Shown here: positions 1 through 10,700 of the stretch, in pieces
Position numbering within the stretch: the first letter of the stretch is position 1
Layout of the letters: each line of letters opens with the position of its first letter
Assembly: GCA_051294905.1 (NCBI GenBank)
Contig: CM119371.1
Span: 35,032,001 to 35,096,000 of the forward strand
Reading direction: 5' to 3'
DNA from: Botryllus schlosseri
Taxonomy: Eukaryota
DNA: 64,000 nt
Made by a program: the position numbers and the translations under genes
Notes under the pieces: generated by a model
Seen by the model: only the letters and a program-made list of their open reading frames with translations
The model's database searches: none
What the model was told of the DNA's origin: nothing

Positions 1-3000
1 GTTATAAGTGGAGCACTTGTCTATAATAGAAATATCGGCGTCTTTAATCCGAGAGCTATACGTGTAATTTTGCGAAAGACGTTGGCCAGGTGATGATACT
101 CGCGCTATTTCTCTGAAAAGTAGAGATGGAATTCGACTAGAACTAGACGGTAGAATTGGCTAAAACTAGGTTCGATTATGCTTTGGGACAAGCCTCGACT
201 CCTGAACGTGGTTAAAAGTGGAGCACTTGTCTATGATAGAAATATCGGCGTCTTTAATCCGAGAGCTATACGTGTAACTTTGCGAAAGACGTTGGCCAGG
301 TGATGATACTCGCGCAATTTCTATGAAAAGTAGAGATGAAATTCGACTCGAACTAGACGTTAGAATTGGCTAAAACTCGGTTCGGTTATGCTTTGGGACA
401 AGCCTCGACTCCTGAACGTGGTTAAAAGTGGAGCACTTGTATATGATAGAAATATCGGCGTCTTTAATCCGAGAGCTATACGTGTAACTTTGCGAAAGAC
501 GTTGGCCAGGTGATGATACTCGCGCAATTTCTCTGAAAAGTAGAGATGAAAATCGACTCGAACTAGACGGTAGAATTGGCTAAACTCGGTTCGGTTATGC
601 TTTGGGACAAGCCTCGACTCCTGAACGTGGTTAAAAGTGGAGCACTTGTCTATGATAGAAATATCGGCGTCTTTAATCCGAGAGCTATACGTGTAACTTT
701 GCGAAAGACGTTGGCCAGGTGATGATACTCGCGCAATTTCTCTGAAAAATAGAGATGAAATTCGACTCGAACTAGACGGTAGAATTGGCTAAAACTCGGT
801 TCGGTTATGCTTTGGGACAAGCCTCGACTCCTGAACGTGGTTAAAAGTGGAGCACTTGTATATAATAGAAATATCGGCGTCTTTAATCCGAGAGCTATAC
901 GTGTAATTTTGCGAAAGACGTTGGCCAGGTGATGATACTCGCGCAATTTCTCTGAAAAATAGAGATGAAATTCGACTCGAACTAGACGGTAGAATTGGCT
1001 AAAACTCGGTTCGGTTATGCTTTGGGACAAGCCTCGACTCCTGAACGTGGTTAAAAGTGGAGCACTTGTATATGATAGAAATATCGGCGTCTTTAATCCG
1101 AGAGCTATACGTGTAACTTTGCGAAAGACGTTGGCCAGGTGATGATACTCGCGCAATTTCTCTGAAAAATAGAGATGAAATTCGACTCGAACTAGACGGT
1201 AGAATTGGCTAAAACTCGGTTCGATTATGCTTTGGGACAAGCCTCGACTCCTGAACATGGTTAAAAGTGGAGCACTTGTATATAATAGAAATATCGGCGT
1301 CTTTAATCCGAGAGCTATACGTGTAATTTTGCGAAAGACGTTGGCCAGGTAATGATACTCGCGCTATTTCTCTGAAAAGTAGAGATGAAATTCGACTCGA
1401 ACTAGACGGTAGAATTGGCTAAAACTCGGTACGATTATGCTTTGGGACAAGCCTCGACTTCTGTACGTGGTTAAAAGTGGAGCACTTGTCTATAATAGAA
1501 ATATCGGCGTCTTTAATCCGAGAGCTATACGTGTAATTTTGCGAAAGACGTTGGCCAGGTGATGATACTCGCGCTATTTCTCTGAAAAGTAGAGATGAAA
1601 TTCGACTCGAACTAGACGGTAGAATTGGCTAAAACTCGGTTCGATTATGCTTTGGGACAAGCCTCGACTCCTTCACGTGGTTAAAAGTGGAGCACTTGTC
1701 AATAATAGAAATATCGGCGTCTTTAATCCGAGAGCTATACGTGTAATTTTGCGAAAGACGTTGGCCAGGTGATGATACTCGCGCAATTTCTCTGAAAAGT
1801 AGAGATGAAATTCGACTCGAACTAGACGGTAGAATTGGCTAAAACTAGGTTCGAGTATGCTTTGGGACAAGACTCGACTCCTGTACGTGGTTAAAAGTGG
1901 AGCACTTGTCTATAATTGAAATATCGGCGTCTTTAATCCGAGAGCTATACGTGTAATTTTGCGAAAGGCGTTGGTCAGGTGATGATACTCGCGCAATTTC
2001 TCTGAAAAGTAGAGATGAAATTCGACTCGAACTAGACGGTAGAATTGGCTAAAACTAGGTTCGATTATGCTTTGGGACAAGACTCGACTCCTGTACGTGG
2101 TTAAAAGTGGAGCACTTGTATATAATAGAAATATCGGCGTCTTTAATCGGAGAGCTATACGTGTAATTTTGCGAAAGACGTTGGCCAGGTGATGATACTC
2201 GCGCTATTTCTCTGAAAAGTAGAGATGAAATTCGACTCGAACTAGACGGTAGAATTGGCTAAAACTCGGTTCGATTATGCTTTGGGACAAGCCTCGACTC
2301 CTGTACGTGGTTATAAGTGGAGCACTTGTCTATAATAGAAATATCGGCGTCTTTAATCCGAGAGCTATACGTGTAATTTTGCGAAAGACGTTGGCCAGGT
2401 GATGATACTCGCGCTATTTCTCTGAAAAGTAGAGATGGAATTCGACTAGAACTAGACGGTAGAATTGGCTAAAACTAGGTTCGATTATGCTTTGGGACAA
2501 GCCTCGACTCCTGAACGTGGTTAAAAGTGGAGCACTTGTCTATGATAGAAATATCGGCGTCTTTAATCCGAGAGCTATACGTGTAACTTTGCGAAAGACG
2601 TTGGCCAGGTGATGATACTCGCGCAATTTCTATGAAAAGTAGAGATGAAATTCGACTCGAACTAGACGTTAGAATTGGCTAAAACTCGGTTCGGTTATGC
2701 TTTGGGACAAGCCTCGACTCCTGAACGTGGTTAAAAGTGGAGCACTTGTATATGATAGAAATATCGGCGTCTTTAATCCGAGAGCTATACGTGTAACTTT
2801 GCGAAAGACGTTGGCCAGGTGATGATACTCGCGCAATTTCTCTGAAAAGTAGAGATGAAAATCGACTCGAACTAGACGGTAGAATTGGCTAAACTCGGTT
2901 CGGTTATGCTTTGGGACAAGCCTCGACTCCTGAACGTGGTTAAAAGTGGAGCACTTGTCTATGATAGAAATATCGGCGTCTTTAATCCGAGAGCTATACG

Positions 3001-3256
3001 TGTAACTTTGCGAAAGACGTTGGCCAGGTGATGATAATCGCGCAATTTCTCTGAAAAATAGAGATGAAATTCGACTCGAACTAGACGGTAGAATTGGCTA
3101 AAACTCGGTTCGATTATGCTTTGGGACAAGCCTCGACTCCTGAACATGGTTAAAAGTGGAGCACTTGTCTATGATAGAAATATCGGCGTCTTTAATCCGA
3201 GAGCTATACGTGTAATTTTGCGAAAGACGTTGGTCAGGTGATGATACTCGCGCAAT
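1..3256. repeat. 210-bp tandem satellite array, segment 1 (continues beyond window start)
   Basis: The unit GTTAAAAGTGGAGCACTTGT...CTCGACTCCTG(A/T/C)ACGTG recurs every 210 bp, with occasional 209-bp units and few substitutions. Confidence 0.99.
3244..3256 (+). repeat. LINE target-site duplication, left copy (ATACTCGCGCAAT)
   Basis: Identical 13-mer at 4785-4797. It occurs once in an uninterrupted monomer. Confidence 0.92.
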
Positions 3257-3257
3257 A

Positions 3258-4649
3258 AATTGGGGTGCAAACAGGAGATCTCTCCTCCGCCTATACAGGT
3301 CAGTTATACGATCCATCGTAGATTATGGGATGCCAGCGTATTTTTTTGCCCCTAAGTGCCACATCAACAAAATCGAAGTCGTCCAGAACCAGGCTTTACG
3401 TCTCTGCTGCGGCGCCATGCGCAGTACACCTATTTGCGTACTTGAGGCCTCTTGTAATGAGTTTCCTCTCCATTTGAGGCATAAGTATCTTTGTAGCGTA
3501 TACCGTTGTCATCTTCTTAGACATCCACCCGGATCCCACCCGACGTTAGGACTATTAGAGGATTCATGGGAAGAAATATACAGTCTCACTAAGCCGAATT
3601 TCGTCACGTTCAATATAGTTTCCAAGTCGCCAATCTTGGCGGAATTCAGTGTTCGCCAGCGCTATCCTACTTTTCGAGAGCCGTGGTCGGTTAGCCCACT
3701 AAACGTCCACACGCAACTGTGTGGCGTGATATCCAGACTGGATACCCCACATAAAGTAAATTCTATCTTCAAAGACTTTCTGTTCGAAGTCTGTGACCAA
3801 TATATTGAAGTATACACAGACGGCTCAAAAACGTCCACTGCCACTGGTTACGGTGTTTACATACCCCAGAAGCTAATGAAATATTCGCAAACTTGCTCAC
3901 CATTGAAGTCGGTAATTACTGTTGAATTGGATGCGATCATGTATGCACTTTCATGGATAATAGAGAACGGCTTGAGCACAGACAAATTCGTCATACTTAG
4001 TGATTGCCTCAGCGCAATACAGACCATTGGCGAGCCGCTAGACATGCCTAGTCATATCCTTAATGCAATGTATCCTTATCTTGAACAGATCAAACGGGCA
4101 GGCATCGACGTAGCCATCAGCTGGATACCCAGTCACAGCGGCATTCACGGAAATGAAATTGCGGATGAATTAGCGCGGACAGCAGCCTCTCAACCTCCAC
4201 CTCTTTGGTCACCAACGATTCAGTTTTCAGATGCGAAAAGCGCGATTCGGAAGTCCATCCGATCGCGATGGGACACGGAATACAGAAACAATGAAAAAGG
4301 ATGTCACTATCGAGTTTTTCAAACTTCCATATTCGACCGAATATCGTCAGATGGAATATCGCGCCGGCATGAGAATATTTTGTTTCGCCTTCGTTCCGGT
4401 CATTGCCGGCTGAATGTGCATCTGTTTAAAATTGGGTGTATTGACTCTCCTTTATGTGATTTCTGTTTCGTACCAGACACCGTCGAACATTTTCTTTTGT
4501 CATGTTGTAAATACGCTCACCATAGACGCACGGTAAAACACTATTGTGAGGGACTACATCTTGCGTTCAGTACTTATAACCTTTTAGTTAACCCGCTACT
4601 TTTTACGGCTGTCATCGAATTTGTGGATTCTTGTAACATATTGCTATGA
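3258..4649 (+). pseudogene. 3' part of LINE ORF2 (RT thumb region, RNase H, C-terminal CCHC finger), 5'-truncated
   Basis: The frame is open from the junction (NWGANRRSLLRLYRSVIRSIVDYG precedes the Met at 3330, so that Met is internal). RNase H motifs: YTDGSK, ELDAI, ILSDC, WIPSHSGIHGNEIADELAR. C-terminal RLRSGH...CDFC...DTVEHFLLSC. The endonuclease and RT catalytic core are absent. Confidence 0.92.
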
Positions 4650-4712
4650 TTTTCTCAACCTTTTCATTTGTATTTGTCCTGAATTGACTATTCTTTACGA
4701 TTAACCTTGCAC

Positions 4713-4748
4713 GTGGTGCACCAGACCTTTATCGGTGATATGCGCCAC
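4713..4748 (+). other. Predicted 3' UTR stem-loop of the LINE
   Basis: GTGGTGCA (4713-4720) pairs with TGCGCCAC (4741-4748) with one G:U pair, and there is an inner ACC/GGT stem. It ends 19 nt before the tail. Confidence 0.65.
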
Positions 4749-4767
4749 TTCCATTTTTTACCATCTA

Positions 4768-4785
4768 TAATAATAATAATAATAA
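4768..4785 (+). repeat. (TAA)6 3' tail of the LINE
   Basis: TAATAATAATAATAATAA directly before, and overlapping by one base, the right TSD. Confidence 0.95.
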
Positions 4786-4797
4786 TACTCGCGCAAT
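4785..4797 (+). repeat. LINE target-site duplication, right copy
   Basis: Identical to 3244-3256. Its first bases (ATA) overlap the TAA-tail register, so the boundary is ambiguous by up to 3 nt. Confidence 0.9.
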
Positions 4798-7700
4798 TTC
4801 TCTGAAAAGTAGAGATGAAATTCGACTCAAACTAGACGGTAGAATTGGCTAAAACTAGGTTCGATTATGCTTTGGGACAAGACCCGACTCCTGTACGTGG
4901 TTAAAAGTGGAGCACTTGTATATAATAGAAATATCGGAGTCTTTAATCCGAGAGCTATACGTGTAATTTTGCGAAAGACGTTGGCCAGGTGATGATACTC
5001 GCGCAATTTCTCTGAAAAGTAGAGATGAAATTCGACTCGAACTAGACGGTAGAATTGGCTAAAACTCGGTTCGATTATGCTCTGGGACAAGCCTCGACTC
5101 CTGTACGTGGTTAAAAGTGGAGCACTTGTCTATAATAGAAATATCGGCGTCTTTAATCCGAGAGCTATACGTGTAATTTTGCGAAAGACGTTGGCCAGGT
5201 GATGATACTCGCGCTATTTCTCTGAAAAGTAGCGATGAAATTCGACTCGAACTAGACGGTAGAATTGGCTAAAACTCGGTTCGATTATGCTTTGGGACAA
5301 GCCTCGACTCCTGCACGTGGTTAAAAGTGGAGCACTTGTCAATAATAGAAATATCGGCGTCTTTAATCCGAGAGCTATACGTGTAACTTTGCGAAAGACG
5401 TTGGCAAGGTGATGATACTCGCGCAATTTCTCTGAAAAGTAGAGATGAAAATCGACTCGAACTAGACGGTAGAATTGGCTAAACTCGGTTCGGTTATGCT
5501 TTGGGACAAGCCTCGACTCCTGAACGTGGTTAAAAGTGGAGCACTTGTCTATGATAGAAATATCGGCGTCTTTAATCCGAGAGCTATACGTGTAACTTTG
5601 CGAAAGACGTTGGCCAGGTGATGATAATCGCGCAATTTCTCTGAAAAATAGAGATGAAATTCGACTCGAACTAGACGGTAGAATTGGCTAAAACTCGGTT
5701 CGATTATGCTTTGGGACAAGCCTCGACTCCGTCACGTGGTTAAAAGTGGAGCACTTGTCAATAATAAAAATATCGGTGTCTTTAATCCGAGAGCTATACG
5801 TGTAATTTTGCGAAAGACGTTGGCCAGGTGATGATACTCGCGCAATTTCTCTGAAAAGTAGAGATGAAATTCGACTCGAACTGGACGGTAGAATTGGCTA
5901 AAACTAGGTTCGAGTATGCTTTGGGACAAGACTCGACTCCTGTACGTGGTTAAAAGTGGAGCACTTGTCTATAATTGAAATATCGGCGTCTTTAATCCGA
6001 GAGCTATACGTGTAATTTTGCGAAAGGCGTTGGTCAGGTGATGATACTCGCGCAATTTCTCTGAAAAGTAGAGATGAAATTCGACTCGAACTAGACGGTA
6101 GAATTGGCTAAAACTAGGTTCGATTATGCTTTGGGACAAGACTCGACTCCTGTACGTGGATAAAAGTGGAGCACTTGTATATAATAGAAATATCGGCGTC
6201 TTTAATCGGAGAGCTATACGTGTAATTTTGCGAAAGACGTTGGCCAGGTGATGATACTCGCGCTATTTCTCTGAAAAGTAGAGATGGAATTCGACTAGAA
6301 CTAGACGGTAGAATTGGCTAAAACTCGGTTCGATTATGCTTTGGGACAAGCCTCGACTCCTGTACGTGGTTAAAAGTGGAGCACTTGTCTATAATAGAAA
6401 TATCGGCGTCTTTAATCCGAGAGCTATACGTGTAATTTTGCGGAAGACGTTGGCCAGGTGATGATACTCGCGCTATTTCTCTGAAAAGTAGAGATGGAAT
6501 TCGACTAGAACTAGACGGTAGAATTGGCTAAAACTAGGTTCGATTATGCTTTGGGACAAGCCTCGACTCCTGAACGTGGTTAAAAGTGGAGCACTTGTCT
6601 ATGATAGAAATATCGGCGTCTTTAATCCGAGAGCTATACGTGTAACTTTGCGAAAGACGTTGGCCAGGTGATGATACTCGCGCAATTTCTATGAAAAGTA
6701 GAGATGAAATTCGACTCGAACTAGACGTTAGAATTGGCTAAAACTCGGTTCGGTTATGCTTTGGGACAAGCCTCGACTCCTGAACGTGGTTAAAAGTGGA
6801 GCACTTGTATATAATAGAAATATCGGCGTCTTTAATCCGAGAGCTATACGTGTAACTTTGCGAAAGACGTTGGCCAGGTGATGATACTCGCGCAATTTCT
6901 CTGAAAAGTAGAGATGAAAATCGACTCGAACTAGACGGTAGAATTGGCTAAACTCGGTTCGGTTATGCTTTGGGACAAGCCTCGACTCCTGAACGTGGTT
7001 AAAAGTGGAGCACTTGTCTATGATAGAAATATCGGCGTCTTTAATCCGAGAGCTATACGTGTAACTTTGCGAAAGACGTTGGCCAGGTGATGATAATCGC
7101 GCAATTTCTCTGAAAAATAGAGATGAAATTCGACTCGAACTAGACGGTAGAATTGGCTAAAACTCGGTTCGATTATGCTTTGGGACAAGCCTCGACTCCT
7201 GAACATGGTTAAAAGTGGAGCACTTGTCTATGATAGAAATATCGGCGTCTTTAATCCGAGAGCTATACGTGTAATTTTGCGAAAGACGTTGGTCAGGTGA
7301 TGATACTCGCGCAATTTCTCTGAAAAGTAGAGATGAAATTCGACTCGAACTAGACGGTAGAATTTGCTAAAACTAGGTTCGATTATGCTTTGGGACAAGA
7401 CTCGACTCCTGTACGTGTTTAAAAGTAGAGCACTTGTATATAATAGAAATATCGGCGTCTTTAATCCGAGAGCTACACGTGTAATTTTGCGAAAGACGTT
7501 GGCCAGGTGATGATACTCGCGCAATTTCTCTGAAAAGTAGAGATGAAATTCGACTCGAACTAGACGGTAGAATTGGCTAAAACTCGGTTCGATTATGCTC
7601 TGGGACAAGCCTCGACTCCTGTACGTGGTTAAAAGTGGAGCACTTGTCTATGATAGAAATATCGGCGTCTTTAATCCGAGAGCTATACGTGTAACTTTGC

Positions 7701-10700
7701 GAAAGACGTTGGCCAGGTGATGATAATCGCGCAATTTCTCTGAAAAATAGAGATGAAATTCGACTCGAACTAGACGGTAGAATTGGCTAAAACTCGGTTC
7801 GATTATGCTTTGGGACAAGCCTCGACTCCTGAACATGGTTAAAAGTGGAGCACTTGTCTATGATAGAAATATCGGCGTCTTTAATCCGAGAGCTATACGT
7901 GTAATTTTGCGAAAGACGTTGGTCAGGTGATGATACTCGCGCAATTTCTCTGAAAAGTAGAGATGAAATTCGACTCAAACTAGACGGTAGAATTGGCTAA
8001 AACTAGGTTCGATTATGCTTTGGGACAAGACCCGACTCCTGTACGTGGTTAAAAGTGGAGCACTTGTATATAATAGAAATATCGGAGTCTTTAATCCGAG
8101 AGCTATACGTGTAATTTTGCGAAAGACGTTGGCCAGGTGATGATACTCGCGCAATTTCTCTGAAAAGTAGAGATGAAATTCGACTCGAACTAGACGGTAG
8201 AATTGGCTAAAACTCGGTTCGATTATGCTCTGGGACAAGCCTCGACTCCTGTACGTGGTTAAAAGTGGAGCACTTGTCTATAATAGAAATATCGGCGTCT
8301 TTAATCCGAGAGCTATACGTGTAATTTTGCGAAAGACGTTGGCCAGGTGATGATACTCGCGCTATTTCTCTGAAAAGTAGAGATGAAATTCGACTCGAAC
8401 TAGACGGTAGAATTGGCTAAAACTCGGTTCGATTATGCTTTGGGACAAGCCTCGACTCCTGCACGTGGTTAAAAGTGGAGCACTTGTCAATAATAGAAAT
8501 ATCGGCGTCTTTAATCCGAGAGCTATACGTGTAACTTTGCGAAAGACGTTGGCAAGGTGATGATACTCGCGCAATTTCTCTGAAAAGTAGAGATGAAAAT
8601 CGACTCGAACTAGACGGTAGAATTGGCTAAACTCGGTTCGGTTATGCTTTGGGACAAGCCTCGACTCCTGAACGTGGTTAAAAGTGGAGCACTTGTCTAT
8701 GATAGAAATATCGGCGTCTTTAATCCGAGAGCTATACGTGTAACTTTGCGAAAGACGTTGGCCAGGTGATGATAATCGCGCAATTTCTCTGAAAAATAGA
8801 GATGAAATTCGACTCGAACTAGACGGTAGAATTGGCTAAAACTCGGTTCGATTATGCTTTGGGACAAGCCTCGACTCCGTCACGTGGTTAAAAGTGGAGC
8901 ACTTGTCAATAATAAAAATATCGGTGTCTTTAATCCGAGAGCTATACGTGTAATTTTGCGAAAGACGTTGGCCAGGTGATGATACTCGCGCAATTTCTCT
9001 GAAAAGTAGAGATGAAATTCGACTCGAACTGGACGGTAGAATTGGCTAAAACTAGGTTCGAGTATGCTTTGGGACAAGACTCGACTCCTGTACGTGGTTA
9101 AAAGTGGAGCACTTGTCTATAATTGAAATATCGGCGTCTTTAATCCGAGAGCTATACGTGTAATTTTGCGAAAGGCGTTGGTCAGGTGATGATACTCGCG
9201 CAATTTCTCTGAAAAGTAGAGATGAAATTCGACTCGAACTAGACGGTAGAATTGGCTAAAACTAGGTTCGATTATGCTTTGGGACAAGACTCGACTCCTG
9301 TACGTGGATAAAAGTGGAGCACTTGTATATAATAGAAATATCGGCGTCTTTAATCGGAGAGCTATACGTGTAATTTTGCGAAAGACGTTGGCCAGGTGAT
9401 GATACTCGCGCTATTTCTCTGAAAAGTAGAGATGGAATTCGACTAGAACTAGACGGTAGAATTGGCTAAAACTCGGTTCGATTATGCTTTGGGACAAGCC
9501 TCGACTCCTGTACGTGGTTAAAAGTGGAGCACTTGTCTATAATAGAAATATCGGCGTCTTTAATCCGAGAGCTATACGTGTAATTTTGCGGAAGACGTTG
9601 GCCAGGTGATGATACTCGCGCTATTTCTCTGAAAAGTAGAGATGGAATTCGACTAGAACTAGACGGTAGAATTGGCTAAAACTAGGTTCGATTATGCTTT
9701 GGGACAAGCCTCGACTCCTGAACGTGGTTAAAAGTGGAGCACTTGTCTATGATAGAAATATCGGCGTCTTTAATCCGAGAGCTATACGTGTAACTTTGCG
9801 AAAGACGTTGGCCAGGTGATGATACTCGCGCAATTTCTATGAAAAGTAGAGATGAAATTCGACTCGAACTAGACGTTAGAATTGGCTAAAACTCGGTTCG
9901 GTTATGCTTTGGGACAAGCCTCGACTCCTGAACGTGGTTAAAAGTGGAGCACTTGTATATAATAGAAATATCGGCGTCTTTAATCCGAGAGCTATACGTG
10001 TAACTTTGCGAAAGACGTTGGCCAGGTGATGATACTCGCGCAATTTCTCTGAAAAGTAGAGATGAAAATCGACTCGAACTAGACGGTAGAATTGGCTAAA
10101 CTCGGTTCGGTTATGCTTTGGGACAAGCCTCGACTCCTGAACGTGGTTAAAAGTGGAGCACTTGTCTATGATAGAAATATCGGCGTCTTTAATCCGAGAG
10201 CTATACGTGTAACTTTGCGAAAGACGTTGGCCAGGTGATGATAATCGCGCAATTTCTCTGAAAAATAGAGATGAAATTCGACTCGAACTAGACGGTAGAA
10301 TTGGCTAAAACTCGGTTCGATTATGCTTTGGGACAAGCCTCGACTCCTGAACATGGTTAAAAGTGGAGCACTTGTCTATGATAGAAATATCGGCGTCTTT
10401 AATCCGAGAGCTATACGTGTAATTTTGCGAAAGACGTTGGTCAGGTGATGATACTCGCGCAATTTCTCTGAAAAGTAGAGATGAAATTCGACTCGAACTA
10501 GACGGTAGAATTTGCTAAAACTAGGTTCGATTATGCTTTGGGACAAGACTCGACTCCTGTACGTGTTTAAAAGTAGAGCACTTGTATATAATAGAAATAT
10601 CGGCGTCTTTAATCCGAGAGCTATACGTGTAATTTTGCGAAAGACGTTGGCCAGGTGATGATACTCGCGCTATTTCTCTGAAAAGTAGAGATGAAATTCG

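Larger units (their letters stand above)
3257..4784 (+). mobile_element. 5'-truncated non-LTR retrotransposon (LINE), I group (I/Nimb-like) with RNase H
   Basis: Non-satellite insert flanked by the direct repeat ATACTCGCGCAAT. It encodes the RT C-terminus, RNase H and a CCHC finger, followed by a short 3' UTR and (TAA)6. TAA tails plus RNase H are characteristic of I-factor-like elements. The exact clade is inferred without a phylogeny. Confidence 0.93.

Noticed and set aside
120..185. CENP-B box
   Set aside because: TTCG occurs, but the required TTCG....A..CGGG pattern is not seen on either strand.
1..210. Monomer as a tandem 5S rRNA, tRNA, snRNA or spliced-leader gene
   Set aside because: I recognise no such sequence, cloverleaf or convincing Pol III box arrangement by eye. 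An Rfam/Infernal search would be needed to exclude this fully.
3098..4413. Small alternative-frame ORFs over the LINE
   Set aside because: They are shadows of ORF2 or junction chimeras with no recognisable features.
4707..4717. TTGCACGTGGT in the LINE 3' UTR matches a satellite variant
   Set aside because: The match is only about 11-12 nt and not at a junction, so it is compatible with chance and is no evidence that the satellite derives from the LINE.
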